From: Rhina ancylostomus
Lineage: Eukaryota
Direction: 5' to 3'
Length of the DNA: 64,000 bases
NCBI GenBank assembly: GCA_030265395.1
Contig: JARFYF010000002.1
Location: forward strand, 60,978,372 to 61,042,371
The notes beneath the pieces were generated by a model. That model was not told where the DNA came from. It saw only the letters and a list, made by a program, of their open reading frames with translations, and made no database searches. The position numbers and the translations under genes are program-made. This document shows, piece by piece, positions 1 through 11,564 of the stretch; the first letter of the stretch is position 1, and each line of letters opens with the position of its first letter.

Positions 1-200
1 TCATGCAGCACCTGTGGAGGGAAATGGACAGTTGACGTTTCAGGTCGAGACCCTTCATCTAGACTCCAGTTTCCCAGCCCCGCACTGACCGTTTCCATCT
101 CCTATCCAAGATTAACCAACATATTTTAATCGCTGAGTTCCGCCGGCAGTTTGTTTCTTGTTTGCTCCAGATCCCAGCATCTGCAGTCCCTTGTGCCTCT
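1..200. mobile_element. Penelope-like-derived fold-back repeat (partial; left arm cut by window edge)
   Basis: Contains gcagcacctgtggagggaaatggacagttgacgtttcaggtcgagacccttcatc and the opposite arm gctgagttc...ccagcatctgcagt. Related arms recur at 11380, 14320, 24535, 44830, 55430, 58165 and 59475. Penelope assignment is from recalled elasmobranch repeats. Confidence 0.55.
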
Positions 201-377
201 ATATAGTAAAGTGTGCACAACCACAATGTGTGCAAGAGCAGTATAAGTGTGCAGAGCTACTTTTAACTTTCGAATCAATACCACTTTCACGATTCAATTT
301 GTCATATTCCTTTTTGATTTGTATCAGAGCGCGTTTTCTTTGCCCCTTGCTCCAGCCTTCGACCATAGCTTCTGTCT

Positions 378-404
378 TTTAATTTCTCGCCTCTTCTTTT
401 TCAG
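378..404 (+). promoter_or_regulatory. 3' splice acceptor of the GDF7 final coding exon
   Basis: Candidate branch point tttaat, pyrimidine tract ttctcgcctcttctttttc and AG at 403-404. A phase-1 junction (x|AC = Asp if exon 1 ends in G) opens directly into the GDF frame. Confidence 0.9.
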
Positions 405-1306
405 ACGGAGCTCCCCTTGAGAAGAAACAGAGATACCTGTTTGATATTTCCAAATTGCCAAACACGGAGGAACTTGTGGGAGCCGAGCTGAGGATCTTTC
501 GAAAGTTGCCCGGAGACCTCCATGCGGCGCTCTCCGTGGGAGGCAGCATGTATCGGATTTTACTTTATTCCTGTCCCGAGCGGGGGGATTCCCCACCGAA
601 ACCACTCGATTCGAGGACAGTTGACATATTGGATGTCGATTCGTCAAGATGGCAAGTGTTCGACGTGTGGGAATTAATGAAAAGCCACTTCACTGCTAAC
701 CTACTGTGTTTAGATGTGGAAATCATTTCCGATTACTCCCAGAAGGCGTTGGATCCTCGGCTTTTGGGATTCAATCGCTCTGATCTCCAGCCTCAGGAAA
801 AAGCCTTGTTGGTGGCGTTCAGCAACACGAAGAAAAGGGAAAACCTCTTTCGGGAGATCAGAGAGAAGATCAGATCTCTGGGTGGGTCGGATTCACTGCA
901 AGTTAGCCGCGAACCCAGCGTCAAGCGCCGCAGAAAAAGGAGGACTGCGTTCTCCAGCAGGTCCAGCAGAGGAAGCGGGAAGAAAGCCAGGTCGAGATGC
1001 AGCAGGAAGCCTCTTCATGTCAATTTCAAGGAGCTGGGCTGGGACGATTGGATAATCGCGCCTTTAGATTACGAGGCATACCACTGTGAAGGGATCTGCG
1101 ACTTCCCGCTCAGATCCCACCTTGAACCCACCAATCACGCCATTATACAAACGCTGATGAACTCCATGGACCCCGAGTCCACGCCGCCCAGCTGCTGTGT
1201 CCCATCCAAACTCAGCCCCATCAGCATACTGTATATCGACTCGGGCAACAACGTGGTTTATAAACAGTACGAAGACATGGTGGTGGAATCATGCGGATGC
1301 AGGTAG
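405..1306 (+). CDS. GDF7: Growth/differentiation factor 7 (GDF5/6/7 subgroup), final coding exon: C-terminal prodomain plus mature TGF-beta domain
   Basis: Reads (D)[33 protein letters not shown]..., furin site RKRR (932-943), then a 120-aa mature peptide (944-1303) with 7 cysteines: [32 protein letters not shown]...[41 protein letters not shown] 1304-1306. CSRKP, APLDY and LSPIS plus convergent LDAH downstream favour GDF7 over GDF6. The ORF-track start at 455 is an internal TTG. Confidence 0.9.
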
Positions 1307-2739
1307 CGCCTTGACACCGGCCCTCCAGTCTGATCTTATGTGAAGCTAAATACTGCAGCGGGTTGACCAATGCCCCATTATTCTCAAGTGCATCTCAGCG
1401 AGGTGCTGCCACGGGGAGGATCAACCCTGGCCACAGGGAATGGCGACTTCCTAGGCCATCAAATCGGCGAACGATCCAACAATCTAAGGCTTCAACGGTT
1501 TATGAATTGGATTATGAGCTGTACTAAATACACCCATGTTCTTAATTTGTGATTAAGACGGAGGCCTGACCCTAATGCATCAATCGAAGCCTACAGTTTT
1601 TTTAAAATTAAAACCTCCAGCGATGGGTGCTGACAGGTTGGGAAGTTCACTTAAACGTAAAATCCGTTCCATCTGCTATTTCTGTAGCGTGACTTAGCGC
1701 GCACATTCTCTCATTATTTGCAATCTGATCACCGAACTGCTCTGGCGGGGGCATCCTTGCTGTAACGAAGGAGCGGCCGATCTGGTTTTGATCATTATTA
1801 ACATGTGCTAACAAACGTGAGCCAGCTGCAAGCGAAAGGCCTAGACGGCAATCGTTGAAAGGAAAACCCAGCCTATCGCAGGTTAACCCTTCGAGGACAG
1901 AGAAAAGCAGAGATGATGACGCCTCCCCCACTCGCCCCATCTCCACCCGCCCCTCCACGAATCTGAAAAATTAGACTGTTAAAATAGCATCAAAGTTCAT
2001 AGAATAGTACAAGTCAATTTAAATGACTTGTGTTAAAAAAGAAATCCGTTAAATCCGTTGTGTTAAAAAAGAAAAGTACTCCACTACAATTCTAAAGCAG
2101 TTTACATATTATGTCTAATTAGGACGTTCAATATCAATTTCACCGTTAATTGGCAGCAGTGTAGATTTGCATTGTTAAGGGAAAACTACCGGTCCAAATT
2201 CTTTCATTTGAAATAAGTATTTATGACCTCTTCCTTATGTTTCAGTGATCATATTTCCAATTCAGACTTGGACAGAAGTATCAAAACAAATACTGTAATG
2301 CCAATCTCGTTTCCACGTTTATATTTCCCTTTTAACAAAAGATACGAATATTGTACTTTACTCGCGTAATTACAGAATATTCAAAGTTATTGTGTAGGGC
2401 ATACGAGATGGACCTAAATCTCTTGGAAACGTTAAAGGGACGATGACGCTTTAAAAAGGTTAGACCAGGGCCGCAGAAAGCATTTCTGTAGAGGGGATAC
2501 AGTGTGCCATTGATCATAATAACAGTTTTGTTCGAAAGCAGCAGTTATTGTTTCAAATCTGTAGCATCCTTGGATTGGTGCAAGTTTTCATCTGCTTTCC
2601 CACCTTTATATCAGGTACATTCCAGATCGCAACAATCGCTTTCGTTTTTCTGTCAATATGATCAATGTGTTTCCTTCGAAACTCCCATCGACGGAAACAG
2701 ATTCCCCCTATTTTTAAAAAAGCATTATTTTAACATTTC

Positions 2740-2970
2740 CTCTTAATGTTCTCTACTCCCAGAAGACTAGTCACCGTTTCTACTGTTTCTCCACAACTGG
2801 CTAGTCACCTCTGTTCCTCAGTTTCCTTCCACCCTCTCCAAGGCCAACGCTAGCCTTCAGTGCGGGGCACACAATTGAACTCAACACCAGAACTACAGGT
2901 TATTCAATGGTCTATAAAGATTTATCACAACTACCTAATATTTTTATATTCTATCCACGTATTTATGAAG
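2740..2970 (-). mobile_element. Old CR1-type LINE ORF2 3' fragment inside the probable GDF7 3'UTR
   Basis: ccaccctctccaaggcc...ggggcacacaattgaactcaacacc...ggtctataaagattt resembles the reverse complement of the CR1 'LYK.LVRPHLEYCVQFW...ALERVQ' region. Confidence 0.45.
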
Positions 2971-4119
2971 TGAAGGTTGATGCGCGAATTTTAAAACCTC
3001 CAAAAAAGCATTAATAAAAAGCACCTTTTTATCAAAAGGTGCCAAGTGGTCTATTTGATTTTAGTCACCATTATAAGTGCAAGAAACATGTTGCAGAATT
3101 TTGATTTTCCTCGCGCCTATTAGCCTCCCTCCGTGTTCCAAATCGTTCAATGCATCACTTCCCAATGCAATTCACAGCATGCTGCCACCAGCAGCAACGA
3201 CACAAATGACCAGTAATCTTTTCAAGGCGGTGAGCCTGAAGAAGGAACATTGGCTGGTACCCAGAAATAAGCAGCTTTGAAATGAGTTTAGACCGGTGTA
3301 TTTTTACATCAGAGAAGCGCAGTTCAATTATGACAAAGCTTCTTTAGAATTACCAGAATCTATTTAGTTTTCGAACATGAATTAAATAATCCAACCCTTT
3401 GCGTAAACCCGTAGCATACTTGATTTGGGCAGGAAATAATTTATTTACTCAAATTTCATTATACATCCCAATTGTTTATTTGGTATCACAAAATAAAACT
3501 TAAGGCCAGATAACTGAAGATTTGGCACAGTCTGAATTAACCAAACGTAATTATTTAATTGTTCGTAGACTGGAATGAAAGTAAACAGGAAATTCAGGGC
3601 TGAAAACACATTCAGTTAATTCCATAAAAGTGGCGAGCAGCTGAAAATCGCCTGCTCGGGGTAAAACATGTTTTTCTCATATTTGTGGATACGTTCACAC
3701 GCGTTGGGAAATCCAGCTCGTTTTGATTTTGTTCCAGAAAGTTTTTTTTATCGCACTTTATGTTGCTGTAACACTCCTCCAAATGAGATCAGTAGTCGTG
3801 CAACATGCAAACCCTGACTGCAGAGACATTTTGGGCCAGCTATTACCTTGTTTGCCCTGAAACCAGCATTCGAACTGTATTCACTGCACGTACAGTGACA
3901 GCCTACCAACATAAATACAACCTCGTGTGTTTTCATTGCTTTGCCGGTGGAGATCAGAGTGAACGTCACTCCTTTTAACCCTAGGAACACTGGAAACTGC
4001 TGCTGCCGCTCCTTGCTTTTTTATATATATAGTTTGCTGCTCAGTGGTGCATCAGGGAAGTCATTCAANNNGGCTCAGGGAGAAGAGATGCCATCTACTT
4101 TTTTTTTCAGCCAGTAGGA

Positions 4120-4350
4120 GCAATGAGAGCAGATACGGGCACTTACCTGCATCGAAGGCTTCAGCAAAGTACAGGCATTCACCGACTGCCCCCACGTCTC
4201 TACAGAGACCTCCTGTCAGTAGCTCCTGGCTGTAGCCCTGGAGGCCTCTTCCTGTGCCCCTTGCACCAAGAATGCCCTCTGCGGGCAGTATTCTTCGTAC
4301 GTCCGCCCAAGTCCTTCTCACTCTTTGCTCCCAACACTGCAGCATCCATG
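4120..4350 (-). mobile_element. Decayed Myb/SANT-like ORF fragment, PIF/Harbinger-type
   Basis: Minus-strand frames give MDAAVLGA, VRR...ILPAEG, GHRKRPP, *QEVSVE and FDA followed by a gtaagt donor. Same motif order as the clearer remnant at 23640. Confidence 0.3.
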
Positions 4351-7300
4351 CATTGGCAACACACCCGTGTAGCTGGAAGGGTGCTGCATGTTGACTCCCA
4401 AGTCGCTCTAAGAGCTACTCGAGAGATCGCGCCCGCTGCATTACATCGCCACAACAGTAAAAACTGGCAATTCATCAATGCGGAACACCAGCGTAAAACC
4501 GACCATGTCTGTTTCAGCGTAGGGTTACAGGGCGAAACTTGATAATGATGTTTGGAGATCTCGCTCTTCATGTCGCTCACGCTAACAGCGTCAGTGGAAC
4601 CCGCAATCCAATTCAAATTCTAAAGCAAAAACCTTGGCGTGCAGTAAGTTTAAGGTTTGAACCTTTATTTAGTCAATCGGTTCCTAGCATAAGGCAAACC
4701 TCGCAGATTCATGCACAAGTGGTTGGTCAGCTCCATTCAGAGGACCGAGTGTTCTCCTTGGAGAACAGTATAGCTCACGATTGTTTCATCCATGACACCC
4801 TGCCTTTTGGGTGATATATTAAATAAAGTGGTATCCGATATATGTGGGAAAAGATCATAATGCGAATTGGAAAGAGCAATGGACATCTTTCATCAACAGC
4901 TCCCGAGAAATGCTGGTAATTCTCTGTATTCTGTACAAGAATTTCGTCCTCTTTTTGGGCCAGTCTTCCCTTTTTCGCGTAAGGTCGATCTGTCAGTTGA
5001 ACTATCAGACGAAGCGAATGTAAAACCATGACAACTGACAACATGTGCGTATCTGAACGTGGAANNNNNNNNNNNNNNNNNNNNNCCACCCCCCGCTCCC
5101 ACCTCCCTGCGCCAGTGTGTTCAGTGAGTGTTTGCAGATTCGGACATGCAGCTGCCATAATGAACAGTTGATTCAGCATCAGTGCAACGCCGGAATTGTA
5201 ATCCGGTGAACCGAAGGAGGCTCATGATCCAGATCCAGATACTGCAAGCCAGGGATATTTCGTTTCAAGCTGGATCATTAACCTGAAACAAAAATAATAC
5301 CATAAAATGATGGCACTTTGTGTGCCCAATTTATACGCTGCAAACCGATAAGAGACTAATTGCACTATAAATTTGTGTTTACCATTGATCGTCGCTGTCC
5401 ATGTGGTTCTAAGGACTCCATCGGCCCACTGCCCTCACCAACCTCAACGTGCCCATTAGACTCTTTCGCCAGCTCATTAGCCAGTAGACTTTCCCATTTG
5501 GCCCAAATACATAACGTGTATTCAAAGCAACGCTGAAACTTGGCCTAAAATGGCAACAGCTGGCTGGACCATAAAACAGGAAAAGATACTCAAGGTTGTA
5601 AAGTTTACGGCATTTTTAAGCCATGGCTCGCCTTCCTTAAAGATAATTCGCTGATTTTGGAATTTTCACTGTTGCTGGTCGTGTACAATGAAACGCCGGC
5701 TGCGCACACTTATTGAGGAAACGTTGTTAAAAATGTGACAGTCACATACCAGGACATAACATAGATTTTACGTCCTTTGCAGACGCAAAACGACCATGAC
5801 AGTCGATCTTTAATGAATTATGTTTTATAAAGACCTGTTTTCAATATTTGTTGGCTACTTATAATTTTCTGAACGCAGTAACGGTCACCGGCGTTTTATG
5901 GATTGCCCGTAATTATCCAGGATTATTGGCACTGAGATTGTGAATGTGCAATACATTAATTTAAGGAAAGAATTCTGGAAAAAGCAAGGGAATTAAAAAA
6001 AAATCCCCTAAAACGAGCCCTTCATAAAAGCAACTCACTAACTAGGAAATATGTATACCGCTGGGTTCAGCAGTCAAGGCGCCTTCTTCCTTATTGTGTA
6101 TAAAGAATACGATTAGGTAAAATGTTCCGTTTTTAAAATGTTTAGGGCACAATATACTATTCCTACCAACAGTTCGCACATTATCCACAATTCGCATCTG
6201 CCCACGGTTCCTGGATGAATTTACAATGGACCGTCTGCACAAGCAGAATAGCAGTCAATATCTCAGCCCAAAACTAGGACCTGCCCCTGGGCAGGTATCG
6301 GAAGGATCTAGATCTTTGTGCCACTGGAAATTTAGGAAAATGGAAAAACCGGAGAGNNNNNNNNNNNNNNNNNNNNNNNNNNNNNNNNNNNNNNNNNNNN
6401 NNNNNNNNNNNNNNNNNNNNNNNNNNNNNNNNNNNNNNNNNNNNNNNNNNNNNNNNNNNNNNNNNNNNNNNNNNNNNNNNNNNNNNNNNNNNNNNNNNNN
6501 NNNNNNNNNNNNNNNNNNNNNNNAACTTCTTTTCACAGATACGTATCCTCAGGGATGTCAATGAGAACGATTGACATATTTGCTTAAGTTCAAATTTTAA
6601 ACCCCTCGGTATGTCGACCTTTATATTTATCCAAATCACCATCTTCAAGGCACCATCTGCGTTCCAGTACATCTACTTTAAATCTCATACTGGTCCAAAT
6701 GCCCGACAGTAGCAAATTAAGAACCTTCGGTTGAATTTTTTTTTAAGTTGAGCACATCCATGTTCCGGTAGATGCAAATTGTATAACTATCATTGACGCT
6801 AATAAGAATTTACACAAGTAGCATTGATACGTTTTCTCAAGTTGGGACGATCACTCTTTCCTGTCACAATACCGGTTCTGCCTTGGGCTTTGACATCCTT
6901 CCCGAACTTCTTGTGCGGAGGGTCTGACTGATTGCAAATACGACACCTCCATCAGAATTCAACTGCATGGTAACAACTATGCCTTTTAACCTTGGCAAAA
7001 TGATCGGACGGTTTTGAATAATTCCAAATAGCGTTCTTTGCCGTCACCCGACTTTATGCGGCATGCAGAAAGTATGATGTCGTTTCAACATAAATGAGGC
7101 GCAATCTTNNNNNNNNNNTCTGTCTCACATCATCTGACGTCGTGGAGGGGGAGAGGGGAGGCTTTTGGAAACAGTATGTACTCATGTTTGGATGTTTTAA
7201 ATGTTCCTTATGAATAAAATAACACCCAATTTGGTAAATATGTCGGTTGCAGACAATTGTAACGTGAATAGCTTTGCGTGGAAAGTGCACAGTTTGTTCT

Positions 7301-7559
7301 ACGGTTGCGTCAGGCTTGGTGCTGACTGCAAACGGGACACTCCGCACCTCTCACACCTCACACCTCCCTCTTCCCACCCAACTCCCCAAGCTGGGTTGCG
7401 TAGATATGATGAAGATATTATTTATACTGCCAATAATCCACATTGCTGGCAACCCACCCTTGAGCCATCAGCGTGACTTACGCCTGAGATAACTCACTTC
7501 TCGAGCTGAGAAAGGAATTGCAAATCACCAGAGCTGAGACTGCCACAGCTCGTGATCCC

Positions 7560-7815
7560 TGCACAGACTGATACCACAACTCTGCAGCAGATATTAATGC
7601 ACTGTTTATATGTATTCTATGCTTTATATTGACTGTATATGTTGAACTGTAAATTAAATGTAAACGGCAATCTATTTTCCTGGAAATACTATATGGTAGT
7701 GTATATGAAACTAAGCACTCTGTATCTCCTCTAATACTCCTTAAAATTGTTTTGTACAGACTATAAGTTTTATTAAATATTTTTTATTAATAATTAAAGA
7801 GAGCACCTTCAAATA
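7560..7815 (+). terminator. Probable distal 3' end and polyadenylation region of GDF7
   Basis: AU-rich block with many TGTA motifs, TTTTGTACAGA (7750-7760), ATTAAA at 7772-7777 and 7793-7798, CA at 7810-7811, then a U-rich downstream element (ttctttattatctt). Confidence 0.6.
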
Positions 7816-9479
7816 ACGCGTAGATTCTTTATTATCTTAATGAATCGACGCTTGCACAGTTTAGCATCTGGATTATGTGTGTGCCATGATCTGTGGCGCG
7901 TCACGGGGACTGAGGCAGATATCAGCATTTTCAACCACGGGCACATACCTTAGTTTAAAGACAAGTGAGGTGTAAATTAATGCAATTATATAAAAAGCAA
8001 CGCCTTAGAACGAATTTCTGGTATGAAATCTTGATTGTGAGGTTGGCTTAGCACTGTGATAATGGCTTGCAATCTCATGTGCAGTAATTGACTGATGTTA
8101 GCTCCCGCTCAATTAAAAGCGCACGGTGCAAACATGCTGAGGAGAATGGAAAATACTTCTCGTTAGATCCACAGCTGTTTGATTTGCTTCCGTCTGAAGG
8201 AGATGTTCCCAGATAATCCTGGGCGTTCTTGTAACTCATCCAGCAGGCCATTCCTATCCGGCGCGCTGATAGCTGGACCAATCCGCGGTCGAGTGAAAAG
8301 TGCATTCTCTGAGAGTCATAATTCAAATGCTGTCATTATCTGCTAGAGCCAGACCGCAGAACCACCTCAATGAATGCTGGTGGTTTATGTAAGAGCAAGA
8401 AGCATCCTCATCCAATCGCGCCTCTCTTGATGACAATAAACCTGCATTTTCCAGAGCAGTATCCGGGCAATGGATTTGGAAGCTACTCCTCTCTAATAAT
8501 ACAGATGCTGAAATCATCCCTGGTAAGATGACAAAATCAACCATCAAATATCCCGCCTCTGGTTCGAGCGATTCAATACCAAACCAGGCATCGTATTTAC
8601 CCGCGGAGCTGCAACTTTAAATAAGCCTTCCTTCTAGTCCCAACTGAATTTCAGTGAAATGACTGTCCCGGCAGTTTAACTGATTAGTCACATTTCCGTC
8701 TTCTGGAATGAGCTGTCAATCCTGTAGGTGCAGTTTAGTTCTTTGATGCAATGCAAGCTGTCAACTGGTCTCACAGAAAGAAAACAACACTTAAATGGGA
8801 AGAAGGCAGCTGTAGGATTCAGCGAAATCACCTCAGCATATTCTGACCTTCCCAACTTTATGTGCTTCATTGTCTTGTTGTTGAACAGGTTTGCAAATAT
8901 TGCCCAACATATCAATACTGCATATAATTTCAATATAACATGACGGACTTGCTCTCAGACCACCCGGGAAACACACAGAAAGTATTTTTACCTGACAAGC
9001 TACACCACAAAACAACCACTATTCAATGTAACGATTAATTCGCGTACTGTTGGTTTATGGAAAATCTTTTCTATTCATTACCTGACATTTAGGGGACCCG
9101 CACACGTTACTTGGATACACTTCTAAGAGTATTCTGGACTTTTAAGGCCAAAATAACCTTGAAATAACGTCATGACCATTTAATGTTGGAATTTAACACC
9201 AAAAAACTGCACCGAGTAGTAACCTCTCATCAGTGGGGTCAGTGCCTTGCAGTGTTCAGTGGGCTTGCAGTGACTTTAATGATAAACCCAGGACCTAAGC
9301 GAATACGCCACCAATATTCGCTGCCATTGATTATGTACCCATTAATGTTCAACATATAAATGCCAACATTATTAATAAAGTTTAGCACGTTGAGGTCAAA
9401 GAATCAAATAAACAGACAAAGATTGTTCAGAAAGCAAAGAGCAAAGGAGCTCTAGGTCCGACTTGTAGAATACCCACGT

Positions 9480-9600
9480 CTTCTTCTTGGGCAGTCTGTC
9501 CGTATCGAGGATGACTGACTTACTTCCACTCCAGGTCTGCAGGTCCCGAGGAGGCCATGAAGACCAACGTGCGAACCCCAGACTCTTACCCGTTAGTACT
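9480..9600 (-). mobile_element. RTE-type LINE 3' end
   Basis: Reverse complement ggagtggaagtaagtcagtcatcctcgatacggacagactgcccaagaagaag matches the 3' end of the RTE copy at ~54035-54085, with an (AAG)n tail. Confidence 0.7.
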
Positions 9601-11139
9601 TCACAGAAACAATTTTACATCTGCTGCTACGGAACAGCAGAGGAGAGGTCAACGCAAGTGCCTCTCACAAGTTATGCCTCAATCCTGAACAAGTATGAAC
9701 CACTTTTTCTCATATTTGCTCTGCCCTCCTCCACTTCTAAACTCAGATTTATCTCACATTAATTTTGCTCCCCGCCCCCCAACCCACTTTCATTTTCTGT
9801 TCTCAGTTCTGCAGTTAAACCACGGTATTACAGTTCAATTGCAGCTGCACAATTAGGAGTTTCAGCTATTGTATTTTTGGTTTGGCGATTTGCTTGTCAG
9901 AATGAAACGTTTCACTTACCAAGAACAACAGTGAATTGAACTGGAGTGTGTGCGTTTTGTTGCTGATAATGGTACGAAATCTGCTAGCCGGAACACTTTT
10001 ACAGAACTGCCAAAAATTACCCAGCCACATTGTTCCAACTTGTCTCAGTTTTCCCTGATTCGGTTTCCCACCGTGTTTAGGGTGTTTTTTTAAAATTATT
10101 ATTTGCATCCTGCTCACTCCTCAGGTAAAGGCGAGTGAAGAGTTCCTCAGTGGGAAGCAGAGATTTTTCATGGCCCTCAATACTGGTGAAGTGACTCACT
10201 AACCACTTGAGCATTTGCATCCGTTTCTTTTCTCCTGGAGAACGAGGGATTCTTTATTTCATCTGGGGAGACAGGAGGTTTCAGGAGAAAAGGGGAAATT
10301 AGTTAGTATGAGAAGGCGGGTAAGGGAGGAAGTGGCAATGCAATCAGAAGTTGCACTTTAATAGTACGAAAGAATGGAACCATGGAAAATTTACAGCACC
10401 GAACGACGATATTTGGACCATGGGTTGAAAAAGAGCAACTCATCCCAATGCCACCTTCCAGTGCTTTGTCCGGAGCACTGCAGGTCATAGATCTCCAAGT
10501 ACATTTAAGTTAGAAGGATCCGTGGCGAACTGAATACTAAACCACCGATCGACAACTTCAGAGAAGGATCATTCGTTTTATGCTGCTATTGAGTGATTCT
10601 TCTTGTAATTACGAGCTCTCTAATTACGAGCTCCCTTTCCCCCTTAGTCCAAACTGAAAATAAAACAAGACGATTTGTTGCCACTTTTGCATTAATTTAA
10701 AGAGATTCCAATCAGTTTGGTCACTACTTTGGATACTGGAGTTCACTTCAGTTGAATAATCTGGCAGTGGGGAGATGCTATCAAAAGATTTCCCCGCATT
10801 TTTAAAATGTACCACCTAATGGTGATCTCTGTCTTACAAGATTCACGACAGGCAGCACAAATCTATACCTTTGACAATACCTGATTTCAATAACTGGAGT
10901 CAAACTGGAGCCCACGTAATCATTCAAGCTGCGAGAATAGGTTGCAAAAGTTACTCATGTTGAAAGATATTCTTCTTGTTGGTCGGTCGTTGTAGATGTA
11001 AAGATAGCTATGAAAATACAAGGTCAACTGGAGAAACTTTCACACTTTGTATTTATTCTTCTTCGTTTGCCAGTGTTCTATTGCAAGGCACCCACCCGTA
11101 TTGGACGAGAATGACAATGTCCTTTCTCTGCTGATTATA

Positions 11140-11260
11140 GTCCTAGCGTCATACAACAGACAGATCCTTCGGCCCGCTACCTCCTGCGGACCATCAAGTA
11201 CCCAGCTATACTAACCCCACTCACCAGCACTTGCACAGTAGCCTTCAATGCCTTGTACTG
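11140..11260 (-). mobile_element. CR1-type LINE 3' tail
   Basis: gtcatacaacag...ccttcggccc...ccatcaagtaccc...tatactaacccc is the reverse complement of the tail at 12260-12357. Confidence 0.6.
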
Positions 11261-11379
11261 CCAGAAAGATACAACATTTATTTGAAGAATCTGAAAATTT
11301 ACAGCAAACTATTTTAAAACATCTCCCAAGTGGAGAACAAGAAATGTTTCGTTCATGGTTTTACTCCCTGGGCAATATT

Positions 11380-11515
11380 GAAAACAGAAAGCGCTGGAAA
11401 CACTTAGCAGGTCAGGCCACATTTATGGAAAGGGAAACAAAGTTAATGGTTGAGGTTGAAGACTGAGCATTTTCAGCCTTTTCTGCTTTTATTTCAGATT
11501 TCCAGCATCTGCATT
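11380..11515. mobile_element. Fold-back repeat, Penelope-like-derived
   Basis: Arms aaaacagaaagcgctggaaacacttag and ctgagcattttcagccttttctgcttttatttcagatttccagcatctgca are imperfect inverted repeats. Confidence 0.6.
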
Positions 11516-11564
11516 AAAAAAAATTACTCCTTTAAGTGGACCCTTTCATCAACATAAATTTGTG

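Noticed and set aside
324-1055. Overlapping antisense (324-647) and alternate-frame (714-1055) ORFs
   Set aside because: By-products of the GC-rich GDF7 coding exon, with no recognisable domain
4044-4814. Cluster of overlapping 60-140 aa ORFs as a novel gene
   Set aside because: Explained by locally high GC in a probable decayed transposon within the putative 3'UTR; no coherent domain or exon structure
10606-10633. Tandem 13-mers taattacgagctc (similar case gaataattgctcc at 43912-43941)
   Set aside because: Two-copy slippage duplications, not an array or CRISPR-like structure
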